This document shows positions 1-8,046 of a stretch of 9,318 nt of DNA, in pieces. The stretch comes from Octopus sinensis. Its lineage: Eukaryota. The DNA lies in contig NW_021828423.1 of assembly GCF_006345805.1 (NCBI RefSeq), forward strand, positions 1 through 9,318. Reading direction: 5' to 3'. The notes under the pieces are model-generated. The model saw only the letters and a program-made list of their open reading frames with translations. It ran no database searches and had not been told where the DNA came from. Position 1 is the first letter of the stretch. Every line of letters begins with the position of its first letter. Both the position numbers and the translations under genes were made by a program.

Positions 1-160
1 CAGACGACATTTATATATAGTTATTAATAAATGTATGCATCCGTTTAAAAGAAAAACCCAAAAATATTTTATTCTTTATAAATGTTGTGTTCAAAATAAC
101 ATTTTCTTTTAAGAATGTGTATATAACAAAGTATGTGTATATAACTAAGTGACTTATATA

Positions 161-667
161 TCTATATATATAAAACTCTAGTTGTGTGAGTGTCTGTCCC
201 CTTCGATTTAGATTCCTAACTACTCCCATATTTTGCGGTGAAGTTTAACCAAATTCGGGTATCTTATAGTCGTGATTCATATCAAGCCCGTCTGACTATT
301 AGCGCGCGTCTACGATGAGTCTACGATTTTAAAAACAATTTACCATCATTTTTTATTCCATTTTAATGCATAATTTTTCGTGTGTCGATGGCGGCGGAGT
401 TGGCGTCCACGCTCACAGCTGCACCTGTTTGCTTCTCCCCCTTCTTCCCTCCCTCGCGAAGCTGTGGGGAAGGGAGTGTAAAGAAATCAACGTCGTAATG
501 CGTTGTGAAGGAAACCAGCGTTCTTTTAGAACAACGACTTCATGGCTTGAAGACACCAAAACAAAAATGGCTAAGAAAGCCCGAATTTATAAGGGAAGTA
601 ACTCTCTAAAAATACTTATATAATTATTTCCCTTACAAACCCGTGCAACGCCGGGCGATACTGCTAG
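161..667 (+). mobile_element. Non-autonomous Helitron, unit 1 (507 bp, divergent variant with a GC-rich internal segment)
   Basis: Starts TCTATATATATAAAAC at 161, directly after a host A at 160. Ends with hairpin CCCG-TGCAACGC-CGGG (640-655), an 8-nt spacer and CTAG (664-667). This 5'-TC / hairpin-CTRR-3' arrangement is the established Helitron signature. No Rep/Hel ORF. Confidence 0.85.
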
Positions 668-1451
668 TCTATATATATAAAACTGTAGTTGTGTGAGTGT
701 CTGTCCCCTTCGATTTAGATTCCTAACTACTCCCACATTTTGCGGTGCAGTTTAACCAAAACCGGGTATCTTATAGTGGTGATTCATATCGAGCCCTTCT
801 GGGTATTAGCGGGCCTCTACGATGAGTCTATGATTAAAAAAAAAATTTACCATCATGTTTTTCCATTTTAATGCATTTTTCGCTATTATATAAGGGAAGT
901 AACTCTCTGAAAATGTCTACGATGAGTCAACGATTTAAAAAACATTTACCATCATTTGTTTTCCATTTTTAATGCATTCTTCTGCTATTTTTTGGCTATA
1001 ACATACATAAATACATACAGTTTAACCAAAACCGGGTATCTTATAGTCGTGATTCATATCGAGCCCTTCTGGGTATTAGCGCGCGTCTACGATGAGTCTA
1101 CGATTTACAAAAAACATTAATATAATTTACCATAATTTTTTTCATTTTAATGCATTTTTTCGCTATTATATAAGGGATGTAACTCTCTAGAAATATCTAC
1201 GATGTGTCAAAGATTTTTAAAAAAATTTACCATCATTTTTTTTCCATTTTAATGCATTTTTTCGCTATTATATAAGGGAAGTAACTCTCTAAAAATATCT
1301 ACGATGAGTCAACGATTTAAAAAAAAATTTACCTTAATTTTTTTTCCCATTTTTAAAGCATTTTTTTGCTATTTTTTGGCTATAACTCTCTAAAAATGCC
1401 TTTGTAGTTATTTCCCTTACAAACCCGTGCAACGCCGGGCGATACTGCTAG
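668..1451 (+). mobile_element. Non-autonomous Helitron, unit 2 (784 bp)
   Basis: Starts TCTATATATATAAAACTG immediately after unit 1's CTAG. Same 5' ~150 bp as unit 1 apart from a few substitutions. Hairpin at 1424-1439, CTAG at 1448-1451. Interior built from ~100-bp subrepeats. Confidence 0.85.
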
Positions 1452-2236
1452 TCTATATATATAAAACTGTAGTTGTGAGTGTCTGTCCCCTTCGATTTAG
1501 ATTCCTAACTACTCCCATTTTGCGGTGCAGTTTAACCAAAACCGGGTATCTTCTTATAGTGGTGATTCTATCGAGCCCTTCTGGGTATTAGCGGGCCTCT
1601 ACGATGAGTCTATGATTAAAAAAAAATTTACCATCATGTTTTTCCATTTTAATGCATTTTTCGCTATTATATAAGGGAAGTAACTCTCTGAAAATGTCTA
1701 CGATGAGTCAACGATTTAAAAACATTTACCATCATTTGTTTTCCATTTTTTATCATGCATTCTTCTATTTTTGGCTATAACATACATAAATACATACAGT
1801 TTACCAACCAAACCGGGTATCTTATAGTCGTGATTCATATCGAGCCCTTCTGGGTATTAGCGCGCGTCTACGATGAGTCTACGATTTACAAAAAACATTA
1901 TATAATTTACCATAATTTTTTTCATTTTAATGCATTTTTTCGCTATTATATAAGGGATGTAACTCTCTAGAAATTATCTAATCTACGATGTCAAAGATTT
2001 TTAAAAAAATTTACCATCATTTTTTTTTCCATTTTAATGCATTTTTTCGCTATTATATAAGGGAAGTAACTCTCTAAAAATATCTACGATGAGTCAACGA
2101 TTTAAAAAAAAATTTACCTTAATTTTTTTTCCCATTTTTAAAGCATTTTTTTGCTATTTTTTGGCTATAACTCTCTAAAAATGCCTTTGTAGTTATTTCC
2201 CTTACAAACCCGAGCAACGCCGGGCGATACTGCTAG
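1452..2236 (+). mobile_element. Non-autonomous Helitron, unit 3 (785 bp, near-copy of unit 2)
   Basis: Starts TCTATATATATAAAACTG at 1452. Hairpin CCCG-AGCAACGC-CGGG at 2209-2224, CTAG at 2233-2236, then host T at 2237, completing an A(160)|T(2237) target for the whole array with no TSD. Confidence 0.85.
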
Positions 2237-2398
2237 TCATCTATAAACAAATGGTTATCATTTTCATAAACGAAAGATGCAACATCATTGATCAGCCTCC
2301 CATCTGGCAGATGGGTTTTGGAAAATGCTATATGCTGATACGCCCACAAATCTTTTTTGTACGTTTTTCTCGGGTACAAATACGTTCTCTTTCTTTTT

Positions 2399-2689
2399 TA
2401 CTCTTTTACTTGTTTCAGTCATTTGACTGCGGCCATGCTGGAGCACAGCCTTTTTAGTCGAGCAAATCGACCCAAGGGCTTATTCTTTGTAAGCCCAGTA
2501 CTTATCCTATCGGTCTCTTTTGCCGAACCGCTAAGTAACGGGGACATAAACACACCAGCATCGACCCTGGGACTTATTCTTTGTAAGCCCAGTACTTATC
2601 CTATCGGTCTCTTTTGCCGGACCGCTAAGTAACGGGGACGTAAACACACCAGCATCTGTTGTCAAGCAATGTTAGGGGGACAAACACAG

Positions 2690-2732
<43 letters not shown>

Positions 2733-2783
2733 TATATACGACAGGCTTCTTTCAGTTTCCGTCTACCAAATCCACTCGCAAGG

Positions 2784-2787
<4 letters not shown>
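2399..2787 (-). mobile_element. SINE copy A: 3' tail plus part of the central domain, 5'-truncated, with an internal 94-bp duplication
   Basis: Colinear with copy B from TACTCTTTTACTTG through the internal (CA)n(TA)n to CAAGGCTTT, where it runs into (TA)n. Lacks the tRNA-like head. Confidence 0.85.
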
Positions 2788-2832
<45 letters not shown>

Positions 2833-2844
2833 TATATATATATA

Positions 2845-3238
2845 TACTCTTTTACTTGCTTCTGTCATTTTGACTGCGGCCATGCTGGAGCACCGCTATT
2901 AGTCGAGCAAATCGACCCCAGGGCTTATTCTTTGTAAGCCCAGTACTTATCCTATCGGTCTTTTGCCGAACCGCTAAGTAACGGGGACGTAAACACACCA
3001 GCATCGGTTGTCAAGCGATGTTGGGGAGACAAACACAGACACACAAACACATACATATATATACATATATATACGACGGGCTTCTTTCAGTTTCCGTCTA
3101 CCAAATCCACTCACAAGGCTTTGGTCGGCCCGAGGCTATAGTAGAAGACACTTGCCCAAGGTGCCCCGCAGTGGGACTGAACCCGGAACCATGTGGTTGG
3201 TTAGCAAGCTACTTACCACACAGCCACTCTTGCGCCTA
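2845..3238 (-). mobile_element. Full-length tRNA-derived SINE copy B (octopus-type; CORE-like motif CCTTGGGCAAG after the head)
   Basis: The minus strand reads TAGGCGCAAGAG-TGGCTGTGTGG (A-box-like) ... GGTTCAGTCCC (B-box-like) ... CACCTTGGGCAAGTGTCTTC ... central domain, (TA)n(TG)n, then a tail ending in the stem-loop GCGGTGCTCCAGCATGGCCGC and AGTAAAAGAGTA. Family assignment is from memory of octopus SINEs and needs a library search. Confidence 0.85.
3173..3226 (-). promoter_or_regulatory. Internal RNA polymerase III type-2 promoter (A box 3216-3226, B box 3173-3183) of SINE copy B
   Basis: TGGCTGTGTGG and GGTTCAGTCCC on the minus strand at tRNA-like spacing. Both are imperfect matches to the TRGCNNARYGG and GTTCRANNC consensus. 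Confidence 0.6.
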
Positions 3239-3249
3239 TATATATATAT

Positions 3250-3409
3250 GATGGGCTTCTTTCAGTTTCCGTCTACCAAATCCACTCAAAGGCTTTGGTC
3301 GGCCCGAGGCTATAGTAGAAGACCCTTGCCCAAGGTGCCCCGCAGTGGGACTGACACCCGGAACCATGTGGTTGGTTAGCAAGCTACTTACCACACTGCC
3401 ACTCTTGCG

Positions 3410-3413
<4 letters not shown>
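3250..3413 (-). mobile_element. SINE head + central domain, tandem copy C (no tail)
   Basis: Near-identical to 3075-3238. The B box carries a 1-nt insertion (GGGACTGACACC on +). Confidence 0.85.
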
Positions 3414-3451
<38 letters not shown>

Positions 3452-3454
3452 ATT

Positions 3455-3611
3455 TTCTTTCAGTTTCCGTCTACCAAATCCACTCACAAGGCTTTGGTCG
3501 GCCCGAGGCTATAGTAGAAGACACTTGCGCAAGCTGCCACGCAGTGGGATGGAACCTGGAACCCTGTGGTTGGTCAGCAAGCTACTTACCACACAGCCAC
3601 TCTTGCGCCTA
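3455..3611 (-). mobile_element. SINE head + central domain, tandem copy D (no tail; most diverged)
   Basis: Colinear with copies B and C, with several substitutions (GCGCAAGCTGCCAC, GGGATGGAACCTGG). Confidence 0.85.
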
Positions 3612-3622
3612 TATATATATAT

Positions 3623-3785
3623 GATGGGCTTCTTTCAGTTTCCGTCTACCAAATCCACTCACAAGGCTTTGGTCGGCCCGAGGCTATAGTAGAAGACACT
3701 TGCCCAAGGTGCCCCGCAGTGGGACTGAACCCGGAACCATGTGGTTGGTAAGCAAGCTACTTAGCACACAGCCACTCCTGCGCCT
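3623..3785 (-). mobile_element. SINE head + central domain, tandem copy E (outermost 5' head)
   Basis: Colinear with copies B-D. B box GGGACTGAACC is intact at 3721-3731. Ends ACTCCTGCGCCT and is followed by unique sequence. Confidence 0.85.
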
Positions 3786-3894
3786 GTATTTTGCAAGAAT
3801 AATTATTATTCGATTTGTCTTAAACCTTTATTTATAGTCGATACCTTTCTAAAAGTTATCCTTAAATCCTTAAAAATATTTTAGCCCGAAGGCC

Positions 3895-3918
3895 GCGGCC
3901 ATGCTGGGGCACCACCGC
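3895..3918 (-). mobile_element. Isolated retroposon 3'-tail stem-loop remnant
   Basis: GCGGCCATGCTGGGGCACCACCGC versus the SINE tail GCGGCCATGCTGGAGCACCGC. The flanks do not match the SINE tail. Confidence 0.4.
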
Positions 3919-4011
3919 TGAGAATTGCTACATGCAAAGAAAATGTAATCTAAGAAAGTATTGAATGTTTTTAATGTGAAATTATTTTTTGTAAATTGAT
4001 ATAAAAACAAA

Positions 4012-4225
4012 CATACACGTGTGTGTGTATATATGTATATATGTGTGTGTATATATATGTATATATATATGTGTATATGTGTGTATATGTATATATATAT
4101 GTATATATATATATGTATATGTATATATATGTATATATATGTATATATATATGTATATATATATGTATACATATGTATATATATATATATATATATGTAT
4201 ATGTATGTATATGTATAGGTATATG

Positions 4226-4256
<31 letters not shown>

Positions 4257-4263
4257 GTATATG

Positions 4264-4295
<32 letters not shown>

Positions 4296-4607
4296 CGTTT
4301 ATATATGTATATATATGTATATATATGTATATGTATGTATATATATGTATATGTATGTATATATATATGTATGTATATGTATGTATATATATATGTATGT
4401 ATATGTATGTATATATATATGTATGTATATGTATGTGTATATGTATGTATATGTATATATATGTATATGTCTATGTATGTATATGTATATGTATGTATAT
4501 ATATATGTATATGTATGTGTATATATATGTGTATATATATGTATATATATATGTATGTATATATATATGTATGTATATATATATGTATGTATATATATAT
4601 ATGTATG

Positions 4608-4647
<40 letters not shown>

Positions 4648-4766
4648 TGTATATATATATGTATATATATATGTATATATATGTATGTATATATATATGT
4701 ATGTATATGTATGTATGTATATGTATGTATGTATATGTATGTATATGTATATATATGTATATATAT
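4012..4766. repeat. Compound (TA)n/(TATG)n/(TATATG)n microsatellite, ~750 bp
   Basis: Almost entirely alternating purine-pyrimidine sequence. It generates the Y/I/M/C/V-rich pseudo-ORFs in all frames. Confidence 0.97.
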
Positions 4767-4786
4767 CCAATGCATGCATGCAAACT

Positions 4787-4957
4787 AGAGAACCACCCGC
4801 ATGTAGCAATTCAACAATGATATACTTAAAATATATCATATAGAAAAAAAATTAAATATGCGATAAAACACTTACCTACAACTAAATAAAGTACGAACTA
4901 TATGGTATGATGATTTAAGTATATCATTGTTGAATTGCAACATGGGGGTTCTTCTCT
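4787..4957. mobile_element. Small foldback / MITE-like element with 44-bp inverted arms
   Basis: 4787-4830 and the reverse complement of 4914-4957 match at 40 of 44 positions, with the inner 25 bp perfect. Weaker pairing continues inward (CATATAG / CTATATG). No clear TSD. Confidence 0.55.
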
Positions 4958-5190
4958 GAATTATATATACATGTATTATATGCACACAAACACACCCATG
5001 TAAATGTATATATTACCACACACACTACACATCATATATATATATATCTATATATACATAAGTAGATATACTTATGCATTAATTTATATGTATGTAAATA
5101 TATATGCACACACATATACACCCATGTCTATACATATATATATATATGATGTTGATTGTGATATATATATATATATATACATTATATAAA

Positions 5191-5311
5191 AGGGCTTAGT
5201 AAAATAAATTACTTTGCCGCATACTGAACTCATTAGAAATAGCAGCTAAAAAAAACTTTTTAAAACTATTTCCAATACTTAAAGAAAACCTCTCTCATAT
5301 AGTGTTTGCTC
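5191..5311 (+). repeat. Left arm of a ~120-bp long-range inverted repeat (candidate TIR)
   Basis: AGGGCTTAGTAAAATAAATTACTTTGCC... matches the reverse complement of 8047-8165. The first 28 bp are perfect, the outer 60 bp match at 56 positions, and the inner half is about 75% identical with indels. Confidence 0.85.
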
Positions 5312-5638
5312 AATTCAACTCACGAAAGTATGGGGGTAGAGACATTAAAAAATCAAATGCAAAGGTTATTTGAGAACGTACGTTTCAAGATTAGTCAAAC
5401 TCGACATTTCTATCATCAGCTGAGGACTCCCTGGTTTGGATTTGAAAACACTGAAAGTGGGAGCATACCCTTTCGGCTTCTTATCGCTTCTGAAGATCTG
5501 CTCGAAACTAACAGTGCCAACAAACTCAAAAATGCAAGCGAAGAATTTCTGCTCTCCCCTTTCCACCAGCGTGGGTTAAAATCAGTAAACACTATGCTTT
5601 TTTCGGTAAAATCCGAGGCATTATATAGAGAGAGATGA
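5306..5638 (+). other. Unassigned GC-richer unique island with a 110-codon open frame (possible exon or transposon remnant)
   Basis: The only sizeable non-repetitive, compositionally normal open frame in the window. It opens with TTG and has no motif I recognise. Two minus-strand frames are also open across part of it, so coding status is unproven. Confidence 0.2.
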
Positions 5639-5683
5639 ATTACACATACGTATATAACTATATATATATATACATAACATATA

Positions 5684-5743
<60 letters not shown>

Positions 5744-5836
5744 CTATATGTACTTACATATATGTGTATATATATAAACATATGTATAAATATATATATA
5801 CATATATGTATATATACATAAATATATATGTATGTA

Positions 5837-6031
5837 TACTCTTTACTCTTTTACTTGTTTCAGTCATTTGACTGCGGCCATGCCGGAGCACCGCCTTTAG
5901 TCGAGTAACTCGACCCCGGGACTTATTCTTTTTGTAAGCCCAGTACTTAGTCTATCGGTCTTGTTTGCTGAACCGCTAAGTGACGGGTGTGTAAACACAC
6001 CAGCATCGGTTGTCAAAAGAGTAAAAGAGTA
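5837..6031 (-). mobile_element. SINE tail fragment F, 5'-truncated, capped by an inverted copy of its own terminal repeat
   Basis: TACTCTTTACTCTTTTACTTG...CATCGGTTGTCAA (5837-6016) matches the SINE tail. 6015-6031 AAAAGAGTAAAAGAGTA is the reverse complement of the terminal TACTCTTTTACTCTTTT. Confidence 0.85.
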
Positions 6032-6602
6032 TATATATATGTATATATATGTCTGTAAGTATATATATATATATGTGTGTAAGTATATATGTGTGTATAT
6101 ATATATATATTTGTGTGTATGTATATATATGCATATGAATATATATATATATATGTGTATATGAATATAAATATATATATGTATATATGTATATATACAG
6201 TTTATAAATGTATATATATAAATGGATATATGTAATATATATATATCTATATATATGTATATATATGTAATATATATACATATATAGAGAGAGATACTTA
6301 TTTATATGCATATATATATACATATTTTTTCATATGAATATATATATGCAAATATATGCATATATAAATGCATACATTTATGTATGTATGCATAAATATA
6401 TGTATTAGTACATGTGTATAAACATGCATATACATTCATATGAATATATATATGCATGTATATGCACATATAAATGTATGCGCATATAAGTCTGCTTTTA
6501 TATATATATATATATGCATACATATATACATGTATAGTTGTATATATATGTATACATATATGTTTGTATATATATACATGTATGTATATATATATGCATA
6601 TT

Positions 6603-6637
<35 letters not shown>

Positions 6638-6649
6638 GCATATGTATAT

Positions 6650-6925
6650 ATATTTATATATATATGCATATATGTATAAACACATATATGTATGTATATA
6701 TATGCATATGAATATATATATTTATATATATATGCATATATGTATAAACACATATATGTATGTATATATATGCATATATATATATATTTATATATATATG
6801 CATATATGTATAAACACATATATGTATGTATATATATGCATATGTATATATATTTATATATATATGCATATATGTATAAACACATATATGTATGTATATA
6901 TATGCATATGTATATATATTTATAC
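6650..6925. repeat. Minisatellite, ~66-bp unit, 4 copies
   Basis: The marker TAAACAC recurs at 6677, 6745, 6811 and 6877 (spacing 68, 66, 66) with conserved surrounding sequence. Confidence 0.9.
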
Positions 6926-7137
6926 ATATGTTGCATATGTATGATATATATGCATGTATATACATATGTATGAGTATATGTATATAAAGATGCATATATA
7001 CATGCATTAATATATATATATACGTATATACATATATATACACGTGTATATTATATAGGTATATATATGTGTATATATATGCATATATAAATATACATAT
7101 ATTTCTTTTGTTATCTTACTGCTTTTAGCAATATATG

Positions 7138-7190
<53 letters not shown>

Positions 7191-7247
7191 AATATTTGTA
7201 TATATATATATATGTCTATATATGCATATATAAATATATATATATGC

Positions 7248-7299
<52 letters not shown>

Positions 7300-7380
7300 T
7301 TGTATACATATGCATATATAATATATATATTTGTATACATATGTATGCATATATATATATATATATATATACATATGTAT

Positions 7381-7509
7381 GTCTATCTATGCATATGTAT
7401 ATATATATATTGTTTTATATATACATATGCATATTTATATAGTAAGTATATAGTATGTACATTTGAAAATATTCACATATATATTTGTATACATATATTT
7501 GTCTATCTA

Positions 7510-7546
<37 letters not shown>

Positions 7547-7745
7547 TTATATATACATATGTATATGTATATAGTAAGTATATAGTACGTACATTTGAAA
7601 ATATTCATATATATATTTGTATACATATATTTGTCTATCTATGCATATATATATATATATATTTTGTTTTATATATACTTATGTATATGTATATAGCAAG
7701 TATATAGTATGTATATTTTAAAATATTCACTTATATATATATAAG
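7381..7745. repeat. Minisatellite, ~120-132-bp unit, ~3 copies
   Basis: GTCTATCTATGCATA at 7381, 7501 and 7633. TAGTAAGTATATAGTA..ACATTTGAAAATATTCA is repeated in each unit. Unit length varies by (TA)n count. Confidence 0.9.
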
Positions 7746-7945
7746 TATATATGTTTGTATATATGCTTACATGCATATTGCATATGTACACAAATAGCTG
7801 TGTACTATATACACAGCAAATCAGAATCTATGGATTAAAAATATTCCAGTGGTACACATTAAAAGTCTTTAGGTATTGTCCTATGAAACAGTATGACTAT
7901 ATAGAATATTAGACAATCGCACACATATACATAGACATGTATATA

Positions 7946-7979
<34 letters not shown>

Positions 7980-8046
7980 CAAGCGCTAAAAACGCCTTAC
8001 AGTTTTATATATATATATATATATAATATCAACAATGAGCTGTCTA

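Larger units (their letters stand above)
6032..7790. repeat. Long degenerate TA-rich simple repeat tract (TA, TATG, TGCATA units)
   Basis: Continuous alternating purine-pyrimidine sequence containing higher-order periodicities. Confidence 0.95.

Noticed and set aside
115-145. Direct repeat ATGTGTATATAAC (115-127, 133-145) just upstream of the Helitron
   Set aside because: Short and low-complexity, with no matching copy at the other end of the array. It is not a TSD, and Helitrons make none.
366-623. 85-aa ORF in Helitron unit 1 as a Rep/helicase gene
   Set aside because: No HUH or helicase motifs, and both ends run into non-coding Helitron subrepeat sequence.
817-2150. Regularly recurring motifs that could be read as a CRISPR array
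   Set aside because: The intervening sequences are themselves repeated rather than unique spacers, units are ~100 bp, there are no cas genes, and the context is eukaryotic.
2299-2319. Hairpin plus T-run resembling a bacterial intrinsic terminator
   Set aside because: The context is eukaryotic, there is no upstream gene and the loop is minimal. Kept only as a palindrome observation.
3160-3238. tRNA gene-like A and B boxes
   Set aside because: No convincing cloverleaf or acceptor stem. The boxes continue into SINE body sequence in five copies, so these are SINE heads.
2357-3751. ORFs overlapping the SINE cluster (also 8281-8769 and 8773-9051)
   Set aside because: They lie wholly within non-coding SINE copies. 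The same peptide fragments recur in each copy and are broken by frameshifts.
3922-3935. 14-mer GAATTGCTACATGC that is the exact reverse complement of 4799-4812, apparently bracketing the big microsatellite
   Set aside because: It does not extend on either side. A rough expectation for one 14-bp inverted match in a 9.3-kb window is about 0.1-0.2 even at uniform composition, so chance cannot be excluded.
3870-4843. Long ORFs of up to 274 aa (Y/I/M/C/V/H-rich) in several frames, and similar ORFs across 5961-7707 and 8969-9296
   Set aside because: They are translations of TA/TG/CA microsatellites that happen to lack stop codons. They are open on both strands with no protein-like complexity.
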